From positions 1 through 52,045 of IMG/VR virus record IMGVR_UViG_3300047376_000089: 52,045 bases of DNA; one strand, given 5' to 3'. The stretch comes from a virus. Taxonomy: Duplodnaviria; Caudoviricetes. Positions 24,401 through 35,532 of this stretch are shown in pieces. Position 1 is the first letter of the stretch; each line of letters opens with the position of its first letter. The notes below the pieces were generated by a model, which saw nothing but the letters and a program-made list of their open reading frames with translations, was not told where the DNA came from and made no database searches. The position numbers and the translations under genes were made by a program.

Positions 24401-26301
24401 ACAATTATTTACCAACAGACTACCAAGCATTTATACACACCTCTCGTTATGCTAGGTGGCTAGAGACAGAACAAAGACGAGAGAGTTGGAGTGAGACAGT
24501 AGAACGTTATATGGATAACATTGTACGTAAGATTGTAGGGGATGATAGTTACATCAATCAAATACGTGATGCTATACTTAGCTTAGATGTAATGCCTAGC
24601 ATGAGAGCAATGATGACAGCAGGGGCAGCAGCAGAACGTGATAACATTTGTATGTACAATTGTTCATACCTTCACGTAGATCATCCCTATGCCTTTGATG
24701 AAGCAATGTTTGTACTTCTGTGTGGCACTGGGGTTGGCTTCAGTGTCGAGAGACAGTTTATCTCTAAACTTCCAGAGATACCACAACTGTTCGACAGTGA
24801 TACTACCATTGTGGTAAAGGACAGTAAGGAAGGGTGGGCTAAATCTTATCGGCAACTACTAGCACTCCTATGGGCAGGGGAGATACCTAAATGGGATGTA
24901 TCTAAAGTACGTCCTGCAGGTTCTCGACTAAAGACATTCGGTGGTAGAGCCAGTGGACCTGCACCTTTGATTGATCTGTTTAACTTTACAGTACAGACAT
25001 TTAAAAATGCACAGGGTAGGCAGCTTAGTTCACTTGAATGTCACGACATGATGTGTTTCATTGGGCAGATAGTTGTAGTCGGTGGTGTTAGACGTAGTGC
25101 CATGATCTCTCTGAGCAACCTGAGTGATGATCGTATGCGTCATGCTAAGTCAGGTCAATGGTGGAACGAGGCTGCACACAGGGCGTTAGCTAATAACAGT
25201 GTGTCGTATACAGACAAGCCAGATTCAGAGACATTCATGCGTGAGTGGTTGGCACTAGTAGAAAGTAAGTCAGGTGAGAGGGGGATATTTAATCGTGAAG
25301 CATCTAAGAAACAAGCTGAGAAATATGGCAGACGTGATCCTAACTTTGAGTTCGGAACTAACCCTTGTAGTGAAATTATCTTACGGTCAGGCCAAGTATG
25401 CAATCTTACAGAGGTTGTGGTACGAGCCACTGACACGATTGAAGACTTGGAACGAAAGGTTAGACTGGCTACAATTCTTGGAACTATACAGTCTACATAC
25501 ACCAAGTTCCCATATCTGCGAAAGGTGTGGCAACGAAATACAGAAGAAGAACGACTGCTCGGTGTGTCTCTCACAGGGGTAATGGACAACCCATTAATGA
25601 CAACAAAGAACAAAGGATTGGATAAGACACTTGAACACTTACGTAAAGTTGCAGTTGACACTAATGCTATGTGGGCTGACCGCCTTGGTATTAATCCTAG
25701 TACAGCAATATCGTGCAACAAACCATCGGGAACTGTATCACAGCTCGTGGACTCAGCCAGTGGGATACATGCACGTCATAACGACTATTACGTTAGAACC
25801 GTTAGAGGAGACAACAACGATCCCCTTACAACCATGATGAAGGATCAGGGTATACCTGCTGAACCTTGTGTATTTAATCCTGATACTACTACAGTGTTTA
25901 GCTTTCCAATGAAAGCACCACACAAAGCTGTTACTCGTAATGACATGACAGCAGTTGAGCAGCTAGAGACATGGTTAATGTATCAACGCCATTGGTGTGA
26001 GCATAAACCCTCAGTGACCTGTACTGTTCGTGATGATGAATGGTTAGAGGTAGGTGCATTTGTGTACAAACATTTTGATGAGATGTCAGGTGTGTCATTT
26101 TTACCACACTCAGATCATACTTATCAGCAAGCACCATATCAGGATTGCACTAAGGAAGATTATCAGGCATTACTAAAGCAGATGCCAAAGGCTATTGACT
26201 GGTCTTTGTTGTCTGACTATGAAAAAGAGGACGGTACTAGTTCAAGTCAAACGTTTGCTTGCACTGGTGATGTCTGTGAAGTTGTAGACATTGGAGCATA
26301 A
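24397..26301 (+). CDS. nrdJ: Class II (adenosylcobalamin-dependent) ribonucleotide reductase
   Basis: PSMRA; YNC; GGVRRSA; TNPCSEI; KPSGT; C-terminal CTGDVC; no beta-subunit gene. Confidence 0.9.
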   Translation: MNNYLPTDYQAFIHTSRYARWLETEQRRESWSETVERYMDNIVRKIVGDDSYINQIRDAILSLDVMPSMRAMMTAGAAAERDNICMYNCSYLHVDHPYAFDEAMFVLLCGTGVGFSVERQFISKLPEIPQLFDSDTTIVVKDSKEGWAKSYRQLLALLWAGEIPKWDVSKVRPAGSRLKTFGGRASGPAPLIDLFNFTVQTFKNAQGRQLSSLECHDMMCFIGQIVVVGGVRRSAMISLSNLSDDRMRHAKSGQWWNEAAHRALANNSVSYTDKPDSETFMREWLALVESKSGERGIFNREASKKQAEKYGRRDPNFEFGTNPCSEIILRSGQVCNLTEVVVRATDTIEDLERKVRLATILGTIQSTYTKFPYLRKVWQRNTEEERLLGVSLTGVMDNPLMTTKNKGLDKTLEHLRKVAVDTNAMWADRLGINPSTAISCNKPSGTVSQLVDSASGIHARHNDYYVRTVRGDNNDPLTTMMKDQGIPAEPCVFNPDTTTVFSFPMKAPHKAVTRNDMTAVEQLETWLMYQRHWCEHKPSVTCTVRDDEWLEVGAFVYKHFDEMSGVSFLPHSDHTYQQAPYQDCTKEDYQALLKQMPKAIDWSLLSDYEKEDGTSSSQTFACTGDVCEVVDIGA

Positions 26302-26312
26302 AGGAGATTTAT

Positions 26313-26756
26313 ATGATCAAACATCCATTTAATAAATCGTGGTACGACAAGTACGACAACGTTGCCAAAGACACCCTTGTAACTTACTTGAAGGGTGTAG
26401 GACATGACGTAGGTGAAGTGAAAGAAGATTATAATGTTGATGTTGTATCAACTAAAAAGGACTTCACCTACTTCAATGAAGCAGAGGTCAAACGTGCATG
26501 GAAAGGTGACTGGCCTAATCACTGGGCTGAGATACGAATACCAGAACGTAAGAAACGTTTGGTAGAAAAGTACAAGAAGGAGAATGGTGTACTTAACTTT
26601 TATATATTCCGTTCTGACTTAAAGCAGGTCTTCCGTATCAAGGATACTGCTCTAACAGAGGATCGTTTGAAAGAGGCACGTGGACGAAACATCCGTGCAG
26701 GTGAGAAGTTCTTTCACGTTCCATACAAAGAAGCTGAATTAATTAACATAGCATAA
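26313..26756 (+). CDS. Hypothetical protein, possible PD-(D/E)xK fold
   Basis: YNVDVV...EAEVK pattern. Confidence 0.65.
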   Translation: MIKHPFNKSWYDKYDNVAKDTLVTYLKGVGHDVGEVKEDYNVDVVSTKKDFTYFNEAEVKRAWKGDWPNHWAEIRIPERKKRLVEKYKKENGVLNFYIFRSDLKQVFRIKDTALTEDRLKEARGRNIRAGEKFFHVPYKEAELINIA

Positions 26757-26765
26757 GGAGTACAT

Positions 26766-27017
26766 ATGAAACAACTTACTAGAAAACAACGTGGCCTTGG
26801 CAAGTATGACGCACCGTTAAAGTTTCAATATGAGAAAGGGTATACTGATTTTAAACATGGTCGTGTGTTTAATCCATTCCATAAAGATACCATGCAGCAT
26901 CGGGAGTGGTTACGTGGGTTTAATAAAGCCTACTTTGAGCAACTTAAAAGGGTAAAGGGGAATGAACTTAAAGCAAGAAGCAGATCAATTTCTGGAGGAG
27001 AGGTACGGCATGTCTGA
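26766..27017 (+). CDS. Hypothetical protein, Rmf-like motif
   Basis: YEKGY...NPF...EWLRGF. Confidence 0.65.
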   Translation: MKQLTRKQRGLGKYDAPLKFQYEKGYTDFKHGRVFNPFHKDTMQHREWLRGFNKAYFEQLKRVKGNELKARSRSISGGEVRHV

Positions 27018-27339
27018 TTTTAATTCATATCAAAGGTCAGCATCAGGTACAGCAATCTATCCTGAACAACACAGGATTACCTATCCTGCCTTGGGCATGG
27101 CAGGTGAGGCAGGTGAGGTAGCCAACAAGGTAAAGAAGCTTATACGAGATGGGCCAGAGAACAGACCTGAGACATGGCGAGAGGACATAGCCAGTGAGAT
27201 AGGAGATGTACTGTGGTACTGTGCTGCACTGGCTAGTGATCTTAACTTATCGTTGGGTATGATAGCTGCACAAAACTTAATCAAGCTAGATAAACGTAAG
27301 GACAAGGGAACACTGGGTGGAAGTGGAGACACTAGATAA
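26962..27339 (+). CDS. mazG: MazG-like NTP pyrophosphohydrolase
   Basis: LGMAGEAGEVANKVKK...EIGDVLWY...N..KL..R. Confidence 0.88.
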   Translation: MNLKQEADQFLEERYGMSDFNSYQRSASGTAIYPEQHRITYPALGMAGEAGEVANKVKKLIRDGPENRPETWREDIASEIGDVLWYCAALASDLNLSLGMIAAQNLIKLDKRKDKGTLGGSGDTR

Positions 27340-27372
27340 AAAAAGGGGGAGCTAAATGCTCCCCTTGTTTGT
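27338..27372. terminator. Bidirectional rho-independent terminator
   Basis: A7-G-GGGGAGC-TAAAT-GCTCCCC-TTGTTT between convergent arms. Confidence 0.88.
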
Positions 27373-30300
27373 TATCGTATTGCCTTTTTGTAGGCTTTTC
27401 CTATTGTGACCATCTCCTGTAGGTCACTGGCACTTGATCCATCTGGTGATCTGTCATTTCGTTCTATAAATTTTACGGTAGCATACTTTCTAATGTCAGG
27501 TGACATACGCCTGTATTGTGTTTGACTTATTAAATAAGGATCGTCAGACATATACTCCATTCCTGTTTCACGTAAATCACGTTTTAAATTATTTACCTGT
27601 GATTTAATTAAAGGAATAATCTCAGAGTTTACATACTGCTCTTCTGTTACCTCTGCCTTAAAATCTGATGATTTAGATTCATATGCTTGACGTACATACG
27701 TTTCCATATTTTTAGCAATGTCTACTATAGTAGGAATATGTTTACGCAATTCTTTATTTTCTATACGTTGTATCTTAGGAACACGAGACTTACTTCCAAG
27801 TTCCCATTCTTGCATACCTTTACTCTTTAAATACTCACCATACTGTGCATCTCTTTCTTGAAAGTTAAGACCAGTAATGATACGTGTTAAAACATTGGTG
27901 CGATTTTTAGTACCGTCTTCAGCATATAGAAACTCACGTTCTGGTAATTGCTCTTCTGTGCTTGGTAACATAGAAAAACCACGTTGATCAAATGGACGTT
28001 TAACTTCATTACCAAGTGTTGACCAGAAACCTAGATCGGGGTCTTCACGTACATCCTTATACTCTGTTCCACGTAGTCCTGCTGCACGTTGACCTTCAAC
28101 AACTTGGGCAAACGGAACAAGCCACGTAGATAAATAGTTTCCTAGTGCACCACCAAGTAATTTGGCAGAGCTTTCCCCTTTAGTTAAATCAAGACCAGTT
28201 GCAAGGTCAGCAACCTCTTCAATAAAAACATTACCCACACCTGTACGTAAGTTTACACCTAAGAAAGTATCTTGAAACTCTCTTATGTTAAACCAATCGC
28301 CCATAGTGTTATCTCTAAATAAACGTTTGGCTGCTTCACCAAGGTATAAGAACTGACGTAGTGGATACTGTGGTGTAGTATCTAGCATCTCACCTTCAGA
28401 TGTATTAAGCATTTTATAGTCTGGGTTTGCATCATCACTAGTACGATATAAATATGCACCACCAATTGCTCCCCAACCCAAGACGTTACGTTGAATACGT
28501 TGACGATCTTTGGCTGTAAGTGGACCACGTTGCCCTTTCATTACGATGCTTGCCATTTTACGTGTTATAGGTATAGATGCACCACCTGCATATTGACCAA
28601 GTAATTCCATACTGTTAAACATAAAACGTGGGAATGGTGTAATTACAGTCAAACCATTACGTGTAATAAAACTTGACAATTCTTGAAGTGGGGGAAGATC
28701 AGGTTGTTTAGCATATGTTATATCAAGTGCTCTATTAACACTATCATCTACTAAATCCATAAAGCTACGTCCACCTGCAGGACGTACAGATTTAGAGTCG
28801 TTTAACAGGTCACGTATTTTACCTTGATTAAGTGCATCAACAAGATCAATATCCCATTCACGTCTTGATAACCTCTCAAGCTCACCAAAAAATGCACCAC
28901 GTCTAATAAGATATTCCTGCATACGGTTAGGTGTATTTAATACATCAACACCATCCTCAAGTGCAGTAAGGATAGTATCACCTACTCCACCCTTACCACG
29001 TCCTGTGAGTGCCTGTATTTCATTGAGGTTATTAAACATACGATCATATTGATCACCTAGTTCTGGACGATCTAATAGCATGTCAGTGTACCGTTTAGCC
29101 TCAACAGGATTACGGAACATATACTTCATCTGACGAAAGCTATCTGTCCATACATCACCATTGAATACTGCACCTACAGCAGACCCTAAACCATCATTTG
29201 ATAGACGGTATAAGGATTCATCCATGACATTACCAAGGCTTTCCATAGGTGCTCTTATCATGCCTGATGTAAGGTTACGTGAGGCAGTAGCAAGTTGAGA
29301 CACAAGTGCACCACGTCTAATATTTTCCATTCTCATAAATGTTTTACGTATGTTTCCTGCTGCTTCTTTGGCAGCTTTTTCTTTTGCTGCATTAACAGCA
29401 GTAACAGGACGTGCTTTAGCTATCTGTGATAGTTTGTTTAATATCTTACCTGCCTCAGAGCCAGAGCCTACAACAGATAGTACAAAGTCATCGTAAGAAA
29501 GGTTGTACTTTGTAAGAAGTTCATTTAATTTATCATCAGCAAACAGTTCTTTATCTACACTCAACTCAAACAAATCATCAATTATAGTTTTATTTTTACC
29601 AAATGCTTTGGGGTTAGACTTTTTAAGATCGGTAGCAATAGCTACAATAGCATCAAACTTTTCTGGTTTAAGTAGTGGTGAGACAAGCACATCTGGATCG
29701 TCTGTTAAGTGAGCAAATGGTACAGTCTGAGCAACTATACCCTCTTCAAGTGTATCTTTTACAGGTTTGTTTTTATAATTTAGTATTTCTTCTGATGTTT
29801 CTTTACCTGCTTTACGTGTGAGTGTAGGGTCAATTACCTTATTGCCCTTATCTCCTGTTGAAATTATCTTACCAGTACGTTCTTCAAACGCCTCAATGAA
29901 AGCTTGTTTCGTTTCTGGGTTAGCTTCAGCAATTTTCTTAGCTTTACCTGCGGCTTCTTCTGCTGCTTCACTCCCTGCTTCAGCAGCTTGCTTGGAATTT
30001 AATTTAGCACGTGAATATTTTTTAACATTGTTAGTACCCAATAGTTTTGCTACACCTTTACCACCAATAATTGCAGTACCTGCTATCTCTAAACCAGAAA
30101 GCACAGTTAGGGAAGCTGCCAATCCTTTATCAGCTAAGTCTCCCTCTCTCCAAAGCTCTCCTGCTAACTCTAAAGTATCATCTACTTCTTCAATAGCCAG
30201 TGCAGTACCTAAGAATGGAGTAAGTTCAGCACCAGTTACCACACGATATATTGAATCAGTGCCATACCCTGCATCTAATAGTTCATTAATTATTTTTCTG

Positions 30301-30806
30301 TGAATTGGATTTTCTGTACTGTTTATATAACTACGTATATACTCTGCTTCTTCTTGTACCTTTGTTTCGTTATCTTCTGTCCTATTTTCATAATCAGATA
30401 AGGCAAGTAAATCATTTTGTTTTTCAATTGCTTCTTCATTACCATACTGTGCAGCTAACCCTTCATAATATTCTTTTTCTGCACTTATATCCTTATCACG
30501 TTCAGCATAATTTTTACGAGCCTCTACAATTGCTGCTTCAATACGAGGGTCTTCAACAGGTTCGTCTGCTATTTCTGCATCTTCTTTCTCTGTTTCAAAC
30601 ACCTCATTCATTTGGTCTTGTGTAGGTGCATCAATATCAGTTACAGGAGTTGTGTTTTGTTCTTTAACATAGTCCTCCTGTTGTAAAGGTTCTTGTACTG
30701 TAGGTTCTTTAACGGATATAGGTTTTCCAAAGGGTACAAACTCGACTGTATCCTCTTCATCTTCTTTAGATTTTAATTGATTATCAAAAGGTACAAACTC
30801 TACCAT
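27372..30806 (-). CDS. Large internal virion (ejection) protein
   Basis: 1144 aa, helical, last gene of the structural arm. Confidence 0.65.
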   Translation of the reverse strand: MVEFVPFDNQLKSKEDEEDTVEFVPFGKPISVKEPTVQEPLQQEDYVKEQNTTPVTDIDAPTQDQMNEVFETEKEDAEIADEPVEDPRIEAAIVEARKNYAERDKDISAEKEYYEGLAAQYGNEEAIEKQNDLLALSDYENRTEDNETKVQEEAEYIRSYINSTENPIHRKIINELLDAGYGTDSIYRVVTGAELTPFLGTALAIEEVDDTLELAGELWREGDLADKGLAASLTVLSGLEIAGTAIIGGKGVAKLLGTNNVKKYSRAKLNSKQAAEAGSEAAEEAAGKAKKIAEANPETKQAFIEAFEERTGKIISTGDKGNKVIDPTLTRKAGKETSEEILNYKNKPVKDTLEEGIVAQTVPFAHLTDDPDVLVSPLLKPEKFDAIVAIATDLKKSNPKAFGKNKTIIDDLFELSVDKELFADDKLNELLTKYNLSYDDFVLSVVGSGSEAGKILNKLSQIAKARPVTAVNAAKEKAAKEAAGNIRKTFMRMENIRRGALVSQLATASRNLTSGMIRAPMESLGNVMDESLYRLSNDGLGSAVGAVFNGDVWTDSFRQMKYMFRNPVEAKRYTDMLLDRPELGDQYDRMFNNLNEIQALTGRGKGGVGDTILTALEDGVDVLNTPNRMQEYLIRRGAFFGELERLSRREWDIDLVDALNQGKIRDLLNDSKSVRPAGGRSFMDLVDDSVNRALDITYAKQPDLPPLQELSSFITRNGLTVITPFPRFMFNSMELLGQYAGGASIPITRKMASIVMKGQRGPLTAKDRQRIQRNVLGWGAIGGAYLYRTSDDANPDYKMLNTSEGEMLDTTPQYPLRQFLYLGEAAKRLFRDNTMGDWFNIREFQDTFLGVNLRTGVGNVFIEEVADLATGLDLTKGESSAKLLGGALGNYLSTWLVPFAQVVEGQRAAGLRGTEYKDVREDPDLGFWSTLGNEVKRPFDQRGFSMLPSTEEQLPEREFLYAEDGTKNRTNVLTRIITGLNFQERDAQYGEYLKSKGMQEWELGSKSRVPKIQRIENKELRKHIPTIVDIAKNMETYVRQAYESKSSDFKAEVTEEQYVNSEIIPLIKSQVNNLKRDLRETGMEYMSDDPYLISQTQYRRMSPDIRKYATVKFIERNDRSPDGSSASDLQEMVTIGKAYKKAIR

Positions 30807-31981
30807 TAGAATAATACACCGTAGTCACTAACTAATGCCATTTTTAATGTTCCATTTTCGTCCGTATACTGAACAACATCGTTTTGTCCATACATTCCTT
30901 TTGCAGCTTGGCTCATCACCTCTTCTTTTGTTCTACCTTCAGATGGAAGAGGCTTAAACTTATTAGCTGTTGCTGTATCCTGTGCTTCAATTGTGGTATT
31001 GTTATCTGCTGCAGCACGTTGAACACCTAAATGAGCACGATATACGTTTTGTCTATATACATTAACAGATTGATCTGTTCCATTTTTAACATTATTAATC
31101 ATAGTTGTAAATGCTTTGTCAGTAGAATCCCCATATTGAGAAACAAGATTACCATGTGCACGATAACGTAAAGCAAATGAGTTAGCCATATTACCTGTTT
31201 GTACAAGTTTAATTTTACCCGATATATCTTTTTCTGCATATCCTTCTAACTCAAATGTACGTTGAATTTCATTATCAACATGACTATCCCTACTTTGTTT
31301 ACTAAAATCTAAACCTGAAGTATCTGTACCTTTACCATCTAAATCTTCTTTAAATTTTTGGTACGAATCCAATGTATTATTGTATGCTTGATCAAACTCA
31401 TCACGTTTCTGTTGACTTGTTGCATTTGTACGTTGAAAATCCAACTCAACTAAACGTGCTTCAAACGTTTTAGCTTTAGTCATATCATCTTCTTTAGGTG
31501 GTTGTGTAAACCTTGATATAAATGGTTGAGTAGAATCTACAGGAGCTTCTCTTATTGCTTTATCTACCTGTTCTTTTTCCATAGCTGCCATTTGTGGACT
31601 TACTTGTGATCCACGAGGATCGTTAATATCAAAAGTAAATTCACTTTGAACACTTGTTTTAGGCATTGAGTAACTAGCAGAAGCACTTAGCCCTCTACCT
31701 GCCATATACTCTCCATGATTTATTGCATACTTAGCAGGGGCTTTACCATTTGCCATAATATCTTTTACTTGATCTGGTGTATAGAATAAACTAAGAGACT
31801 CTATAAGACCTTTAGCTTCCTCTTCATCTGCCTGACGTTTTCTTGTAGCTTCTACACGAGCCTCACGTAACCGTTCCTTCTCATCTTTTTGTTCTTCATA
31901 TAATTGTGCTTCTTTAGTCTTAATCATATTAACTAAATTGTCAGATGCACCACCAACAAATGCTCCAAAATTAAATCCCAT
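30806..31981 (-). CDS. Putative internal virion protein
   Basis: MGFNFGAFVGG N-terminus, coiled coil, position. Confidence 0.55.
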   Translation of the reverse strand: MGFNFGAFVGGASDNLVNMIKTKEAQLYEEQKDEKERLREARVEATRKRQADEEEAKGLIESLSLFYTPDQVKDIMANGKAPAKYAINHGEYMAGRGLSASASYSMPKTSVQSEFTFDINDPRGSQVSPQMAAMEKEQVDKAIREAPVDSTQPFISRFTQPPKEDDMTKAKTFEARLVELDFQRTNATSQQKRDEFDQAYNNTLDSYQKFKEDLDGKGTDTSGLDFSKQSRDSHVDNEIQRTFELEGYAEKDISGKIKLVQTGNMANSFALRYRAHGNLVSQYGDSTDKAFTTMINNVKNGTDQSVNVYRQNVYRAHLGVQRAAADNNTTIEAQDTATANKFKPLPSEGRTKEEVMSQAAKGMYGQNDVVQYTDENGTLKMALVSDYGVLF

Positions 31982-32511
31982 TACTGCCTCCGTGCCATTA
32001 GTCCTGCAGCCGCAGGTTCTTCAGCCATACTTTCTTCTTCTTCAATACCACTCTCAGGTAACTCCTCTATGGGTTCTTTACCTTCTTCTTCCATTTTTTC
32101 TTTTACACTACGTATTGCCTTTGCAATTGTTGAGTCACGAAACTTATCCTTATCTTCATCTTCCATCTCTGTACCTACAACATACTCAATCTTTTCTTCA
32201 TCACCTACATAAGATAACATTTCAATAAGTACAGGCATGATAAGTATACCTACATCTATACTATGTTTACCTTGCATTACACCGCCAGATTGTAAGGAGT
32301 TTGCTATGGTTGTAAGGGGAATACCTAGTTCCATTACATCTACTATCTGATCACGAAACTGTGGCTCTAGTATTCTTGGTGCATAGAAATCCATAGCTTC
32401 TTCTACTGTACTATACTGTGGTGGGTGTTGCCAAGGACGTGCACCCAGTTCAGCAGTCAAGCTCTGTCCAGGAATAGGAGCATTAAAACTCTTACGATAA
32501 TTTTGTGACAT
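31981..32511 (-). CDS. Conserved structural-region protein
   Basis: APIPGQSLT.ELG.RPWQ.PPQ motif. Confidence 0.75.
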   Translation of the reverse strand: MSQNYRKSFNAPIPGQSLTAELGARPWQHPPQYSTVEEAMDFYAPRILEPQFRDQIVDVMELGIPLTTIANSLQSGGVMQGKHSIDVGILIMPVLIEMLSYVGDEEKIEYVVGTEMEDEDKDKFRDSTIAKAIRSVKEKMEEEGKEPIEELPESGIEEEESMAEEPAAAGLMARRQ

Positions 32512-32729
32512 TAAAGTTTACTCCTATATTCACGAATTTGTTTCATTGCATCTAGCACCATATCATATGGTTCTTTATTGCTACCTTCTTGTTGTTTAGG
32601 CATACGTGACATATCACGTGCTAATAAACCACCAGTTTTTTGTGGTTCTACTTTTGGTTTATTTTGTTTTTCTAAATCACGTACAGCTTTTGAATATCCT
32701 TTTGCTGCAGCAGTATATAAATTAATCAT
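32511..32729 (-). CDS. Hypothetical protein
   Basis: Coupled ORF. Confidence 0.7.
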   Translation of the reverse strand: MINLYTAAAKGYSKAVRDLEKQNKPKVEPQKTGGLLARDMSRMPKQQEGSNKEPYDMVLDAMKQIREYRSKL

Positions 32730-32738
32730 ATTCTTTCC

Positions 32739-35522
32739 TTATCCTAAACCAAAGAGGCTTCCTGTAAATGTGTTACTTAAATCACTAAACAATAGACTAC
32801 TCACAAGGCTACCAAATGACCTAGATGACTCTGCATCAAGCATCAGCTTACGTTCTTCAACTGATAGCTGTTCTTGTGCTAGTTCGTTTATACGATCTTG
32901 TTGATTTTCTGCACTTGTCCATGCCCATTCCATCTGATCTCCAAATAGCTGCCACAGATTATTATAAGCAGTATTAGATATGTCAAGTGTATTTATTGCA
33001 TTTAATTCATTTGCACGGTTAATGGCAGCAGTATCTTGTGTTGCAATTTCTCTACGCCATGTAGCATTAGATTGATCTACTACTAGTTGGTTACTTGCAT
33101 TAAATTGCTCACGATTATTCTTCATCTCTGCGTTAAATTGGTTTGCTGCATTAATCTCCCCTGTATTAAAACGTTCTTGTGCATTTTTTTGTTCAGTATT
33201 GTGCATGTTAATTGTAGAGTTTAAGTTATCATAGAACTGATTAGCTTGATTTTCTGATTGAGAATTAAACTGTTTTGATGAGTTTATAGCAGCTTGATCT
33301 GTTAACATAGATTGTATATTTTGTGCTGTTTTAAATATCTCTGTTGCTTGCTCATTAGATAAGTTAGCTAAGTCTAAATTTAAAAAGTTTTTTGCATTTT
33401 CTACAGATGTTTGTTGTCTGTTATTTAAATTAGCTATATCTAAGCTTGCTAATGCAGATGCCTCTGCAAGGACCATAGCCTGACGATTAGATAAATTCTC
33501 TAAGTTCATTGTCTGTGCCATACGTGAATTTTCTAACTGCACCTGTTGGTCAGCAGTAAAATTTTGATTGGCTATATCACTAATGGTACTCGCATTTAAT
33601 ACACGTGACTGAAACTCTTGATCAAATTCTTGCCCAATAAATGTTGCACGTTGTTCTGCTGCAAGTAGTGCACGTGCTTGACGATTAGATAAGTTTTGCT
33701 TTTCAAAGCTTGCCTGTGTAGTAGCATCAGCTTGTGCAATTGGTAGTGCAGCTTCCATAGCTGCCTGTAAAATAGCCTGTCCTGCTATTGATGAAGAACC
33801 AAGACCACGTGCAGCCATTCTTTCATTAGCTAATCGTACTGCACCTGCAGCCCATGCAGGAGGAGTTTTACCTTCAAACTGTTCCATAAGGCCAACTAAC
33901 TGACCCTGTACTGTAGCTTTTTCTGAAGGTGTAGCTGTTGCAGCATCAATCTGTTCAGTAAACTTAGCTGCTTTAGTTGCATCTGCAGCAGCACCAGATA
34001 TTAATTCACCGTCTTGTATCTCACGTTGTACCTCATTCTCCATGATAGTAGCAGTACCTTGTGCTGCATTTAGATCACCTACCATACTTGATGTAGTAGC
34101 TGCAGCAGTTACTTTAGAACGAGGATCGTCTTCATCTGTCTGTGCAGAATCTAATGCATTTGTAGCTGCAGCAACTTTATCTGTACTTATATCTGCTTCA
34201 TACTTAGATGTATTGGGTTGTTCTACATTTGATGAAAGATATGTATCTGCTAGTGCAACTTCACTTATGCCACCATCACCAGATACTTGACCACTACCTG
34301 CCTCAATAAACTGACCTTGGTTTTGTTGAATACGTTTTGGATCAACACGAGCACCTTCTGGTAAAGTAGGATCAGTTGCACGTTCAGTCATTACATCTGA
34401 TATAGTTTTTTGTGTTGACTGATACAAAGGAGTAAGTTGATCTAAACGTAATTTAGTATCAGAAAACTCTTTACCTTTAGTTTCTACAAGTTCTTTTAAA
34501 TAAGGATCGTCTGGATTAGCTTTAGCTTGATTACTTAAACGTTCTAACTCTAACTGTAATTGTGTATACTTGGATTGAGTAGTATTAAATTCTTGTTCAA
34601 CATTTTCAATGTCACCAGTTACACCTGAAGTTACACCACTAGATAAAAAGTTACGGTACGCATCTTGTTGATTTTTATTTTGTGTATACTCTGGGCTTTC
34701 TTTAAACTTATTAATGTATTGGGGAATAATATTTTTAGCATCATTCTCTACACTTGCAGGATTTTTTGCTCTATTTTTAATTGCTGTACCATCTGCATAT
34801 GTAATTGTCCAGTCACCTGACTTACCTGTAATTTCATACTTAGTTGGATCAGAAGGAATATTACCAGATGTAAACATTTGTTTAAGTTCTGTATTAAAAT
34901 GAACAGGAGCATCACCTGTGTATTGATTGACTACATCTTCACCTAATGGCTCTGGCATACCTTGTGATGGATCATAGCCTCCTTGTTGACCTGTCATTTG
35001 CTGTGCTTGTTGTTGAGTGTCTATATTAGTTTTAATAACTTTACCTGAAGAATCAACTACGTCAAAAGTACCTGCTGCATTTTGTTGTACAGTATTAAAC
35101 TGATTCATCGTATTTTTCATACTAGAATTAAACTGATCTATAGATGGGTTTACCGTATCTGTATTTAATGCTACATTACCCCCACTAGAATTAAACTGAT
35201 CCATAGATGGGTTTACCGTATCTGTAAATTCTAACTGTGGTGGTCCTGTATTCTCTGGTGGTTTGTATCCCCCTTCAAGTAAGAATGAATCTAAACCTGC
35301 ACCTGTTGCCCCACCTGTTTGAAACTTTCGTACTGCACCACCTTTAGCCATCATCATAGCTGCTTTTTTAAACTCATCCATTTGGTTTTTCTTGTCAGGG
35401 TTTTGCTCTAGGTAAGAATTAAACCCAGACATCTCTCCTGTATAGCCTAATGTTCCTGCAATACGTTGCATTGCATTTGGTTTAAAACCACCGAATGTAG
35501 GATTTTTAAATTGATTATTCAT
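32739..35522 (-). CDS. Q/N/A-rich putative internal virion/pilot protein
   Basis: 927 aa; repeated NLSN.Q and QFN motifs; hydrophobic Gly-rich C-terminus. Confidence 0.6.
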   Translation of the reverse strand: MNNQFKNPTFGGFKPNAMQRIAGTLGYTGEMSGFNSYLEQNPDKKNQMDEFKKAAMMMAKGGAVRKFQTGGATGAGLDSFLLEGGYKPPENTGPPQLEFTDTVNPSMDQFNSSGGNVALNTDTVNPSIDQFNSSMKNTMNQFNTVQQNAAGTFDVVDSSGKVIKTNIDTQQQAQQMTGQQGGYDPSQGMPEPLGEDVVNQYTGDAPVHFNTELKQMFTSGNIPSDPTKYEITGKSGDWTITYADGTAIKNRAKNPASVENDAKNIIPQYINKFKESPEYTQNKNQQDAYRNFLSSGVTSGVTGDIENVEQEFNTTQSKYTQLQLELERLSNQAKANPDDPYLKELVETKGKEFSDTKLRLDQLTPLYQSTQKTISDVMTERATDPTLPEGARVDPKRIQQNQGQFIEAGSGQVSGDGGISEVALADTYLSSNVEQPNTSKYEADISTDKVAAATNALDSAQTDEDDPRSKVTAAATTSSMVGDLNAAQGTATIMENEVQREIQDGELISGAAADATKAAKFTEQIDAATATPSEKATVQGQLVGLMEQFEGKTPPAWAAGAVRLANERMAARGLGSSSIAGQAILQAAMEAALPIAQADATTQASFEKQNLSNRQARALLAAEQRATFIGQEFDQEFQSRVLNASTISDIANQNFTADQQVQLENSRMAQTMNLENLSNRQAMVLAEASALASLDIANLNNRQQTSVENAKNFLNLDLANLSNEQATEIFKTAQNIQSMLTDQAAINSSKQFNSQSENQANQFYDNLNSTINMHNTEQKNAQERFNTGEINAANQFNAEMKNNREQFNASNQLVVDQSNATWRREIATQDTAAINRANELNAINTLDISNTAYNNLWQLFGDQMEWAWTSAENQQDRINELAQEQLSVEERKLMLDAESSRSFGSLVSSLLFSDLSNTFTGSLFGLG
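35121..35226 (-). repeat. Direct repeat with 63-nt period in coding sequence
   Basis: TDTVNPSMDQFNSS / TDTVNPSIDQFNSS; ~43 nt near-identical. Confidence 0.85.
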
Positions 35523-35532
35523 TGTTTATGCC

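Noticed and set aside
18738-26301. Inteins or introns in polymerase or RNR
   Set aside because: Both ORFs are continuous and of ordinary size, with no intein terminal motifs seen
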